A stretch of 58,322 bases of DNA from Rhizobiaceae bacterium (GCA_051009515.1 JBPCWM010000228.1:1-58322); one strand, 5' to 3'; shown: positions 49,513 through 58,098, counted from the first letter of the stretch. Numbers and translations: made by a program. The notes: a model not told the origin generated them from the letters alone.

Positions 49513-50093
49513 ACGAGGACATTGCTGCCATAATCTGGGTTATCGGGATTGTTGCGTGGACCATTATTCGCTGGCCATATCGACGCAAGGCGCGCCGTCA
49601 GGAAACTGTAGTTGACCGGCGTAGCACCATGGAATGGATTTCACTCGGCCTGACCATTGCAGGACTTGTGGTCATTCCTGCCCTGCAAATATCGATCGGG
49701 CTGTTTGACTTTTCGAACCGGACGTTTTCACCGGCTCTCGCCTGGGCTGGCCTGATTTGCATGATCAGCTTTCTTTATCTTTTCCACCTCAGCCACAAAC
49801 ACCTGGCGGACAACTGGTCCGTCTCTCTTGAGATTCGCAAGGATCACCAATTGGTGAATACCGGGATTTACAGCAAGGTACGCCACCCCATGTATACTTC
49901 ATTCTGGCTTTGGGGGTTGGCCCAGTTCCTGCTGATTCCCAACTGGATTGCCGGGCTAACTGGCTTGGCCAGCGTCGCGTTCCTATATTTCAGCCGCATT
50001 GAAAATGAAGAGCATATGATGCGTCAGCAATTTGGTACGGCCTATGATGATTACTGCAAGACTACAGGAAGATTGTGGCCCAATGTTTTCTAG
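49509..50093 (+). CDS. Isoprenylcysteine carboxyl methyltransferase (ICMT/Ste14)-family membrane methyltransferase
   Basis: NWSVSLEIRKDHQLVNTGIYSKVRHPMY, RIENEE, FG..Y..Y; ATGA overlap with the upstream gene. Confidence 0.88.
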   Translation: MNEDIAAIIWVIGIVAWTIIRWPYRRKARRQETVVDRRSTMEWISLGLTIAGLVVIPALQISIGLFDFSNRTFSPALAWAGLICMISFLYLFHLSHKHLADNWSVSLEIRKDHQLVNTGIYSKVRHPMYTSFWLWGLAQFLLIPNWIAGLTGLASVAFLYFSRIENEEHMMRQQFGTAYDDYCKTTGRLWPNVF

Positions 50094-50210
50094 TCACACT
50101 CCGAATGCAACGAGCCCCATGCTGGATAACAGATATCGAACACTTGTGCTGCCAAATTTACGCCGGTTGAATTGAACGCACCGGGCTGTGAACAGTGATT
50201 GGCCAATTGA

Positions 50211-50591
50211 TTGTTGGCATGGTTGGAATTTGTTTTCCCCATTTCCTTTGGTGGTATGGCCGCTGATGACTTCCAGCGCACTAATGGCGCAATTGGAAAA
50301 GGGGCAAGGCAAGTCAGACCGCAAAACTCTCCGGTTACCGGGACGACGTTCGCCGCAACCAGCCCCGCTGTGGCACCGTTAAACATTCAAAGATCGTCCA
50401 ACCACGATTTCAGCCAGGACGGTTGGGACGAACCAATCGGGCCTGGCCGGGGCTTTCGTGGACGATTGAAATATATCGACCAGTCGAAAGTCCCGTCCAT
50501 CAACCGCTTCAATATTGATGAAAATCCCAAACTTCAAAGTCAGATCATCAACAATGTACTGTGTTGTATCCGTCCCACACTCAAAGGGTAG
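50211..50591 (+). CDS. Possible hypothetical protein or decayed gene
   Basis: Longest ORF in the roughly 500-nt gap between convergent genes; start and family unclear. Confidence 0.3.
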   Translation: MLAWLEFVFPISFGGMAADDFQRTNGAIGKGARQVRPQNSPVTGTTFAATSPAVAPLNIQRSSNHDFSQDGWDEPIGPGRGFRGRLKYIDQSKVPSINRFNIDENPKLQSQIINNVLCCIRPTLKG

Positions 50592-50600
50592 TATGGGCTT

Positions 50601-51614
50601 TCAGACAAATTGAACATCTGAAGAACCGGAGGCCAGACCGTGCTGCCCACTGGTTTTTGAAGAGGCCGCATCCGGTAGGTGCGCAATGTCCTGAATGAGG
50701 TGATCACGGTGTTGCGCCTGCCGGTAAGCCTCATCCCTTTCCATCAGAAAGCGGTGCGCAGCCCCTTGTGCCCACCATGGTACGGTTGGGTGAAGGTGGT
50801 GCAACGCGTGCCATGCATCTCCTGCAGGGTGAAGCAGCGCGTGATCCAGCAACCCAAGATTATTGAACGTTGTCTCGCGCACCGTATCTCCGCGTTCGTA
50901 GTCATGTTCCGAAAACTCAGCGATGCTGCGCAGGAAGGGCAAAACCAGAAACATCGAAGTCGCCCACATGAAGGAAGCAAAAATAGCGAAGACCGGAGAT
51001 ACCAAGACGGCCAGTATCAAAGACATCAAAAAATGCCAGATGCCGAAGTTCACGAGTTGCCGCCAACTTGATTTCACCTCGTTGTAGAACTCGCGAACAT
51101 AGCTCGGCATCCAGCGCAATATCGCTACTATCAATTGTAGGTTGTTGGAGATTTCAACTCCGATCGCTCCAATCCGCTCCAGGCGAGCGCGGCACGGATC
51201 GTCGTGAGACCCATAATCACCATGATGCGTTTTGTGAAAAATCCGATATTGCGCAACATCCTGTAACATCGGCCAGGCCGCAAACAGGTTGGTTATGAGG
51301 TCATTTTTTGCCCTGCTGTTGCAGAAATTATTGTGGCTACCAAAATGCACAATATTCTCAAGCGCACGCATTTGCCGTGTCATGACTAAAACCATTGCCA
51401 GCACAACCAATGATGCCAATACCGCCGACGCCATTTGGGTAATTGCCAAGAAAGCAATACCCGATGCTAAATATATTGCACCCAAATTAATTGAAGAGTA
51501 GAAAATTCCCTTAGATGTAGATTTTTCGCAAAATTTCTTCCGAAAAAATTTTTTTTCTTCGATATTTAGATTTGACCTATACCCCTGATCATAATTTTTT
51601 TGAGTATTACTCAT
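50601..51614 (-). CDS. Membrane di-iron fatty-acid-desaturase-superfamily enzyme, RtxC/GntB-like
   Basis: His boxes RQMRALENIVHFGSH, YRIFHKTHH..G..DP, EH and WHALHHLHPTVPWW; RBS GAGGGA. Confidence 0.8.
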   Translation of the reverse strand: MSNTQKNYDQGYRSNLNIEEKKFFRKKFCEKSTSKGIFYSSINLGAIYLASGIAFLAITQMASAVLASLVVLAMVLVMTRQMRALENIVHFGSHNNFCNSRAKNDLITNLFAAWPMLQDVAQYRIFHKTHHGDYGSHDDPCRARLERIGAIGVEISNNLQLIVAILRWMPSYVREFYNEVKSSWRQLVNFGIWHFLMSLILAVLVSPVFAIFASFMWATSMFLVLPFLRSIAEFSEHDYERGDTVRETTFNNLGLLDHALLHPAGDAWHALHHLHPTVPWWAQGAAHRFLMERDEAYRQAQHRDHLIQDIAHLPDAASSKTSGQHGLASGSSDVQFV

Positions 51615-51713
51615 AATTATCCCTCGACTTTTTTCTCAAGACCCCATTGACTACACTTCAGCAGAAGCTGCACTGAAAAATCCTGAATGGTTTCATTTTA
51701 TCAACTTATGCGG

Positions 51714-51785
51714 CTTAAGAAAAACTAAGTGATAACGGCCCGTACGCGAAATATATTTTACTGAATAAGCTTAAGGAATTTTTAA
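51714..51785. promoter_or_regulatory. LysR-type T-N11-A boxes in the AT-rich divergent promoter
   Basis: TTAAG-AAAAA-CTAAG (51715-51729) and TTAA-GGAATTT-TTAA (51771-51785). Confidence 0.45.
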
Positions 51786-51786
51786 C

Positions 51787-52698
51787 ATGTTGGATTATGC
51801 TCATCTTGAAGCTCTTTTGGCTGTTGAACGTGAACGCAGCTTTGAAGGTGCAGCTAAAGCACTCGGGATAACCTCTTCAGCGATTTCTCAACGTATAAAA
51901 TTGCTTGAAGATCGCATTGGCGCAGTCACTCTCATCAGGCAGACACCGGTTCGCACGACCGAGGTTGGTGCTGAACTGTGCCGTCATGCTGAAATGGTAT
52001 TGATGCTCGAAGAGGAAGTGATTGACCGAAACCAAAAACTGCTTGGATCGTTTGCTGAAGGAATGCGCAAGATCAAGATTGCGGTCAATGATGACAGTCT
52101 GTCGAGCTGGTTCATGGGTGTTCTTGCAGCAAATTCGGCAAGTGAAAATCCATATCTGCTGGAAATATCAATTGCAGATCAGGATTACTCAATTGAACAG
52201 ATGAAGTCTGGCTCGGCGCTGGCGGCTATATCGATCGACAAAACGCCAGTTCAGGGCTTTCAGAGCACCTACCTTGGATTGCATGTTTATCGTGCGACCG
52301 CATCTCCCAATTTCATTGCACGCTATTTCCCCGACGGGGTGACCGTGGACGCGTTGAGAAGCGCACCCGCTTTGCGCTACAGCTCCCAGGATGATTTGCA
52401 GATTCAGTGGATCAAACAGGCGCTGAACGAAGACGTTTATCCCAACAGCCACACTATCCCATCCTCGCATGGTTTCGTCTCGGCATGTGTGGAAGACGTA
52501 GCGTGGGGGATGCATCCTGCACTCATGGTGGACAAGCACATCGAAGAAGGCCGACTTGTGGAACTGATTGAAGGGGAGACATTGAACAAACCGCTATATT
52601 GGCATTGCAGCCGCGTAATTGCCGAGCCCTTTCAAAGTTTCACTCAGACAGTGGTGAACGAAGCAACCAGATTACTGGACCAGTCGGGTCGCAGCTGA
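51787..52698 (+). CDS. argP: LysR-family regulator, ArgP/LysG type
   Basis: MLDYAHLEALLAV...SFEGAA, SAISQRIKLLE, IAVNDDSLSSWF, DQDYS, YRATASP, PSSHGFV, PLYWH. Confidence 0.85.
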   Translation: MLDYAHLEALLAVERERSFEGAAKALGITSSAISQRIKLLEDRIGAVTLIRQTPVRTTEVGAELCRHAEMVLMLEEEVIDRNQKLLGSFAEGMRKIKIAVNDDSLSSWFMGVLAANSASENPYLLEISIADQDYSIEQMKSGSALAAISIDKTPVQGFQSTYLGLHVYRATASPNFIARYFPDGVTVDALRSAPALRYSSQDDLQIQWIKQALNEDVYPNSHTIPSSHGFVSACVEDVAWGMHPALMVDKHIEEGRLVELIEGETLNKPLYWHCSRVIAEPFQSFTQTVVNEATRLLDQSGRS

Positions 52699-52702
52699 AT
52701 GA

Positions 52703-53800
52703 TTACCAAGACGACCCCAGTTCAATCGCCTGCCCGGATATTGCAGATTGTTCTGCCGCTTCACCAACTATGACGGACCAGAGCCCGTCTTCCAACGTCA
52801 CGTCCACCAGACTTGTCTCCCCCCGCACCAGTTTCAAGAAACGCTCATGCTGGTAGTAGCTGGACCCATGGTGATCGCCTGCCTGCAGTATGGTGTGATC
52901 AACCTCAATCTCTTCGACCCTCTCCCGCTTGCTTGCCCGGTCCGAGATCACCACTTGTGAAGCCTGTTCTTTGCCGTCTTTGGAAAATCGCGCTGGGCCT
53001 GGGACGCAGGCATCAATCCGTGCCCTTGGGCCTGTCACGGAAACGACTTCCTGCCATTTCGATCCCTCCGCAAACATGCACAAATCGAGCATGCCGCGCG
53101 TTCCATTTGCAAAATCAATCACCACAAAGGCGTTGTCGATGATGTCCGGTGTCCGGCCGTCATATTGTTCATCGCGATGATTAATGTCCGCAGCAGCTGA
53201 TGCAAATACCCGGATCGGATCGCTGGCCAGAGTCAAGCGCATGAGATCCCAAAAATGGCAGCATTTTTCAACCAGTGTCCCGCCGGTACGCTTATTAAAG
53301 CGGTTCCAGTCTCCCACTTTTGGCAAAAACGGAAATCGATGTTCACGAATGGCCATCATCTGTAATGGGCCAGCCGCATTGGCCGCCACCTTACTCAATA
53401 GTCGTTGAACAGGCGGCATGTAGCGATACTCCATGGCCACCCAGACAGGCGTATCATGCGACGCACTGGCATGCACGATTTGCCTGCAATGCTCGCTCGT
53501 GGTGCAAAGCGGTTTTTCGCACAAAATAGGTTTGTTGGCGGGGATGGTGTCCAGCAGAATTGCGTGATGAAGATCATTTGGAGCAACGATCACATAGGCA
53601 TCGCAAAGATCAGCCGACAACATATCCTTATAATCGTCAAACGTGGAGACTTGGCCCGACACCAATTGCGCAGACAAATCGCGCATGGATTGGTCCGGGT
53701 CGGCAAGAGCCGTCACCTGCGCCCCTTCAAGCAGGTTCAGGTTGCGAATATGCTCCTGCCCCATCATACCGGAGCCAATCAGGCCGTAGCGTATGGTCAC
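52703..53800 (-). CDS. Gfo/Idh/MocA-fold protein, probable NAD+-dependent sulfoquinovosidase (GH188/SqgA-like)
   Basis: GSGMMGQEH, CEKPL, MEYRY, REHRFPFLPKVGDWNRF, GGTLVEKCCHF, GDHHG; GTG start after GGAG. The fold is certain; the SQase call rests on recalled motifs. Confidence 0.7.
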   Translation of the reverse strand: MTIRYGLIGSGMMGQEHIRNLNLLEGAQVTALADPDQSMRDLSAQLVSGQVSTFDDYKDMLSADLCDAYVIVAPNDLHHAILLDTIPANKPILCEKPLCTTSEHCRQIVHASASHDTPVWVAMEYRYMPPVQRLLSKVAANAAGPLQMMAIREHRFPFLPKVGDWNRFNKRTGGTLVEKCCHFWDLMRLTLASDPIRVFASAAADINHRDEQYDGRTPDIIDNAFVVIDFANGTRGMLDLCMFAEGSKWQEVVSVTGPRARIDACVPGPARFSKDGKEQASQVVISDRASKRERVEEIEVDHTILQAGDHHGSSYYQHERFLKLVRGETSLVDVTLEDGLWSVIVGEAAEQSAISGQAIELGSSW

Positions 53801-53801
53801 A

Positions 53802-55190
53802 TCAAATCTCCAAAACAGGCAACTGGAGCGCCGCAGCGACGCCCCGCAGCATTTCGCGATGGTCGCCATAGGCAAGCGCCATGTGATGTTCCAGCCCGCT
53901 ATTGATCATGTCAGGCAAAACCTGGTCCACTGGCCGGTCAAAACGCAAGACCCCGGAAGTTCCGGTAAAAGCCATCGGTCGTTGCAACATTTCACCACCC
54001 GACAGGACCATTTTGGTTTCGCCCCGACCTTGGGAAAACCGCATGAGAGTGACCCGACCGGCTTTAAGAGGAAATTCGTAGAGCAGAGGCATTTTTCGGT
54101 TGGTGTGAATGGTAGCCGATGCTTCCACCCCCTCATCTCTCATCGATATCGGGGCCTGTCCGCAATGCCAGACCACACCGGTATTGTCGTCGCAGTCCAT
54201 GTCGACGAGGTCGGTCAGGAACACCGCTGATTGGGAAACTTCCTGCAGAATTAATTGTGTCAACGCCCCATAGACATCGGCCTCACAGGCGCAAGGAATC
54301 TTGTTTTCCCCCAACATGGAGACCGGACCACATACCGCCCCCCCATATTCAGTAAATGTTTCGGGCCAACACCGAAGCGCAAAGGCCTGATAATTTCCCG
54401 CTTCGCGGATACCATCAAGGGCCACTTTCAAACGCAGGGACTTGTCCAACTCCCCCTGATCCACCTCATCGAGGTCCGGCAGTACGGCTGACGCCTGACT
54501 GCGCACCGAAACCACCAGTTCATCCGGAGCCTGAGCGGCCTGTGTAAACAGCGTCTCCAGTTCCAACGCTTCAACGCTGACGCCCGTCAGCTTTTCCAGC
54601 TTGAACGCATCATACGCACAAGTATCAAAGCCTTCAGGATGGGCACCGATTCGCCCGATCCGCTTGCCCTTGAGGCCCTGCGCCACCTCAATGGCACGTT
54701 TGTCAGGCTCGTTTTCATCAAAACTGGCCAAAAGTGCATGGACGCGTTTGCTGCCATCAAGAAGGCCGTCAATGTCATTGCCCGACACCCTTTCTGGATC
54801 ACAATAAAACCATGAGAATTCTTGTTCGCGCAGACCAAGGGCATGACTGGCCAGATTCAATCCACAAAACGAGTTTAGGCGCAGCCTCCCGCCGATCCTT
54901 GGTTCGGGTATCGCCCAAATCGCCAACGGTGCTTCAATAGCCAGCGCTGCGGCGACGATTAGAGAGGCGTCGGTGAAGGAAACCTGCAGCACCAGCAAGC
55001 GGTCAATATCGCCCTGTTGCAATTCGGCAATGGCGGCCTCACCGTCCTCACTCCCCATGAGCAAGGACCGCGGGCCAACGACCTGCCGCCCATCCCCTTC
55101 CAGCACAGATAACATGGCTGCCAGTTTCGCTTCAGCAAGCTCAACATCAAAGGTCGGGCGCGCGAATGGGAGAACCCCTATTTTCAACAT
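53802..55190 (-). CDS. L-fucose/L-arabinose-isomerase-fold protein (candidate SqvD-type SQ isomerase)
   Basis: ARPTFD, RLRLNSFCG, ALRCWPETF, CEADVYGA, WHCGQAP, GLEHH. Confidence 0.75.
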   Translation of the reverse strand: MLKIGVLPFARPTFDVELAEAKLAAMLSVLEGDGRQVVGPRSLLMGSEDGEAAIAELQQGDIDRLLVLQVSFTDASLIVAAALAIEAPLAIWAIPEPRIGGRLRLNSFCGLNLASHALGLREQEFSWFYCDPERVSGNDIDGLLDGSKRVHALLASFDENEPDKRAIEVAQGLKGKRIGRIGAHPEGFDTCAYDAFKLEKLTGVSVEALELETLFTQAAQAPDELVVSVRSQASAVLPDLDEVDQGELDKSLRLKVALDGIREAGNYQAFALRCWPETFTEYGGAVCGPVSMLGENKIPCACEADVYGALTQLILQEVSQSAVFLTDLVDMDCDDNTGVVWHCGQAPISMRDEGVEASATIHTNRKMPLLYEFPLKAGRVTLMRFSQGRGETKMVLSGGEMLQRPMAFTGTSGVLRFDRPVDQVLPDMINSGLEHHMALAYGDHREMLRGVAAALQLPVLEI

Positions 55191-55196
55191 GGTCTG

Positions 55197-56222
55197 TTAC
55201 ATCCCTTCATAGCCGTGCCGGAAACTGGCATTGGCAGGGGAAAATTTCGCGCCACCTTCACCGTAATAAGGGTGGTTGCGCCAGTCCGCCGCCGAAGCAT
55301 CAGCAAGGGCCGAAATATCAGCCATATAGTTGCTGGCTTCACCCCGCAGGTCATTTTCAATTGTTGCCCAGTCAGGATAGTGGTTGAAAGCGTCAAGCCA
55401 GATTGCACGACCGGCCAGAAACCCGGATGCACCTGCCTTGAAAGCGTGAGCTAGAACATTTCTGAATTCAGCCTTGCCTGCACCAGCAGACAACATCACC
55501 CATGGTCGACCGGCCAACCGTCCCATTTCATCAAAAACGGCCTGAACCTCAGCCGACCCATCAGCATCAGCGGCATTGACCGGACTTTCCAGTTTGAAAA
55601 CATCAATGCCATAATCCGGCTTGGCAAACTCCTCTACGGAGCGAAGGACATCATCTGCCTTTTTGCCCTTCATCTCGATATAGTCCGTGGTCTGGTGGGC
55701 ATCAAAAGCCAACGGATAGACCAGCAGTTCAAACAAAAACGGGATGTCATATTTGGCGCATTCTTCACCCAGACGACGGGTATACTCCTGCTGCGCCTTG
55801 CAAACCGCGAGGTCGGCATCAGGGCGATACCAGGCAAGCACTTTGACCGCGTCTCCCCCCATGCGTTTGATCTTGGCCACGGACCAGTCGTCGATATTTG
55901 AAGACAGGCGCCCGCCGTCCGTTTCCTCAAAAAGCGAGTCTTCAAGTGTCACGATCAGTCCCTTGGTCGGTGAGAACTGATCAAGGGCCTCTGGAATAGC
56001 GTAATGGGGATCAAGTAGCATCGCTGTGCTTTGGTCCTGCAGCGTCTCAACCAGCATGCGCTTGAAACGCGCCACTTCTTCCCATGGTGCGTTCTTCACA
56101 CCCCGATGCTTGGCAATCGGGTTCTTGATTGGCGGCCTTTGATCCACCGCGGTCATCTTGAATATGCCATTGTCGTCGGCCATGCGACGCATGCCCCATA
56201 ATTTACCTGGTGTCAGTTGCAT
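55197..56222 (-). CDS. Class I tagatose-1,6-bisphosphate aldolase family (LacD/YihT-like; candidate sulfofructose-1-phosphate aldolase)
   Basis: AVDQR, LLDP, DAVKVL, DVFKLE (Schiff-base Lys), PWVMLSAG, GASGFLAGRAIW. Confidence 0.85.
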   Translation of the reverse strand: MQLTPGKLWGMRRMADDNGIFKMTAVDQRPPIKNPIAKHRGVKNAPWEEVARFKRMLVETLQDQSTAMLLDPHYAIPEALDQFSPTKGLIVTLEDSLFEETDGGRLSSNIDDWSVAKIKRMGGDAVKVLAWYRPDADLAVCKAQQEYTRRLGEECAKYDIPFLFELLVYPLAFDAHQTTDYIEMKGKKADDVLRSVEEFAKPDYGIDVFKLESPVNAADADGSAEVQAVFDEMGRLAGRPWVMLSAGAGKAEFRNVLAHAFKAGASGFLAGRAIWLDAFNHYPDWATIENDLRGEASNYMADISALADASAADWRNHPYYGEGGAKFSPANASFRHGYEGM

Positions 56223-56253
56223 GCGATTAACTCCCGCATAATTTGGCAATACC

Positions 56254-57624
56254 CTAGTCGACCGGCAGGCCACTGGGCACTGATATTGGTTTGCCGAGAC
56301 GCCCCTTAACGGATTCCGTGCCGGTCAGTGATTTGAGAAAAGAAACGAGATCGTTGATCTCGGTGTCGTTCAGATCAATTGGCTCAATGTCGACCCTGGA
56401 CCTCAGCCTTGCACGCTCGCGTTTGTCCTGCATCGATACGAAATCGATGGAGGCCAGCCAAGGTGCGCTGGGCAAGCGTGCCTGCTCGGGCTGCCATGCA
56501 AGCAGGCTTTCAACGGGCGACAAATGATGGCGAATAATACCCTCAAGTGTCGGATAGGCGCCGTTGTGGCCATAAGGGCCAGTTAGTTCCACATTGCGCA
56601 AAGCCGGAGTGCGGAACCGGTAGGCATCTTCCAGCCGATCACTTTCGCCCATGCGGCCAACGTCGCGCACATAGGGGTCAAACGGCCTTGTCCGACCGGG
56701 GCCAAAATGGGGCAATGCAAGTGCATGGAATTTCTGATCGGTCAGGAGTTTGCCGGAATGACAGGAGGCGCAGTTGGCTTTGCCAAAAAACAGATCCATT
56801 CCCCGCCGTTCCTGCTCCTTCATTGCCCGTTTACTACCAGCAAGAAATTGGTCAAACGGGCTGTCATGAGACCGCCACTCATGATTGATGAATTGAGCAA
56901 TGGCGTTCGCAATGTGGACGATCCGCACATCAAGCGGCTGGCTGACATCGCCAAATGCGGCAACAAATAGCGATCCATATTCAGGTATGACACGTACCCG
57001 TTTGGCAAGGATTGGCCAAACATTGTCAATACGATCATGGGCCGCTCCCGCAACCTGATTTTCCTTCGGATTCCCGGCCATTTCAAACTGGGAGGTGAGC
57101 GGGAATAATGCCTGTACGGCAAGAATTGAATCCAGCCCGTCCGGAAGCCATTCTTCGGCTGGTGAGTCAAATCCGTTGTCATAGACATCTGAAAAACTCA
57201 ACCGCCCGTCATGGAACATGATGTTGATGTCATGGGCACCAAGATTCCATAAAGCCTGTGAATTGCGGGGGATGCGCTTCTTGATTCTGTCGCCCCCCAT
57301 CCCGGCAACCCGATTGGGGCCAACACCATGCCCCCCTTCCCCGATTCCCAGGGACAGTCCGTCGCTGGTCCCGTGGTCATGGCTGTGGCAGGTGCCGCAG
57401 GAAATGTTGCGATTGCCTGACAAAATAGGATCATAAAACAGCAACTGCCCAAGTCTGGCTTTCTTCATATCAACAGGTCGAAAGTCTACTGGCCCAAGGG
57501 CAACACCATGATCTGACCTCTGTGCAGACACCTGAGATTGTATCGGCATTTGTGTTGCGTGACCGGCTTGGGGTGCGATAATCAGAGCCAGCAACGCGAC
57601 AGTAATCGTTAGGAAACCATGCAC
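56254..57624 (-). CDS. Secreted di-haem cytochrome c peroxidase/MauG-superfamily protein
   Basis: Signal peptide after a GTG at 57624 (start inferred); LGQLLFYDPILSGN, CGTCH, FHDGR, CASCH, FRTPALRNV..TGPYGHNG. Confidence 0.88.
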   Translation of the reverse strand: MHGFLTITVALLALIIAPQAGHATQMPIQSQVSAQRSDHGVALGPVDFRPVDMKKARLGQLLFYDPILSGNRNISCGTCHSHDHGTSDGLSLGIGEGGHGVGPNRVAGMGGDRIKKRIPRNSQALWNLGAHDINIMFHDGRLSFSDVYDNGFDSPAEEWLPDGLDSILAVQALFPLTSQFEMAGNPKENQVAGAAHDRIDNVWPILAKRVRVIPEYGSLFVAAFGDVSQPLDVRIVHIANAIAQFINHEWRSHDSPFDQFLAGSKRAMKEQERRGMDLFFGKANCASCHSGKLLTDQKFHALALPHFGPGRTRPFDPYVRDVGRMGESDRLEDAYRFRTPALRNVELTGPYGHNGAYPTLEGIIRHHLSPVESLLAWQPEQARLPSAPWLASIDFVSMQDKRERARLRSRVDIEPIDLNDTEINDLVSFLKSLTGTESVKGRLGKPISVPSGLPVD

Positions 57625-58098
57625 ATGCGACTGATTTTGGCGATGATGGTGTTTATATATGCATCTATTGCGCAGGCCGAGATAGAGACGGCGCGCGATT
57701 TGATGGAACAGAACAAATTTGGCGAAGCCATGCAGGAGCTTCTGCCCGCTGCGCGGTCTGGAAATGCCGATGCCGAGGAACTTATTGGTGTCATGTATGC
57801 CATGGGTCTTGGCGTTGAACGCGATGATGTTCGAGCCTTCGACTGGTATTTGCGGGCGTCGATGAAGGGGCACCCCGGAGCGCAATCGGGTGTTGGCTGG
57901 TACTATGAAGTGGGGCGCGGAATGCCGAGCCCTGACCTGGTGCGGGCGTACACCTGGTACGTACTTTCCGCCATTGGTGGTGACCCCGACGCTGCAATTT
58001 CGCAGGAAGAAGTCGTGCGAAAGATGACGTCGGAACAAATTGAAAAAGCCCATATCCTGATCGATGACTACAAGGCGTGGCTCTACCCATTCAGGTGA
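57625..58098 (+). CDS. Exported Sel1-like repeat protein
   Basis: Signal peptide ending AQA; ARSGNADA..LIGVMYAMGLGVERD and GHPGAQ..VGWYYEVGRG repeats. Confidence 0.85.
   Translation: MRLILAMMVFIYASIAQAEIETARDLMEQNKFGEAMQELLPAARSGNADAEELIGVMYAMGLGVERDDVRAFDWYLRASMKGHPGAQSGVGWYYEVGRGMPSPDLVRAYTWYVLSAIGGDPDAAISQEEVVRKMTSEQIEKAHILIDDYKAWLYPFR

Noticed and set aside
48274-52698. Hydrolase + methyltransferase + desaturase + regulator as one biosynthetic cluster
   Set aside because: The two pairs are convergent, separated by about 500 nt, and the desaturase/regulator side has a distinct AT-rich 5' region; I treated them as separate modules.
57625-58053. 143-aa N-terminal extension of the di-haem ORF in the supplied track (599 aa)
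   Set aside because: It is the antisense of the Sel1 gene; the signal peptide begins only at about 57624.
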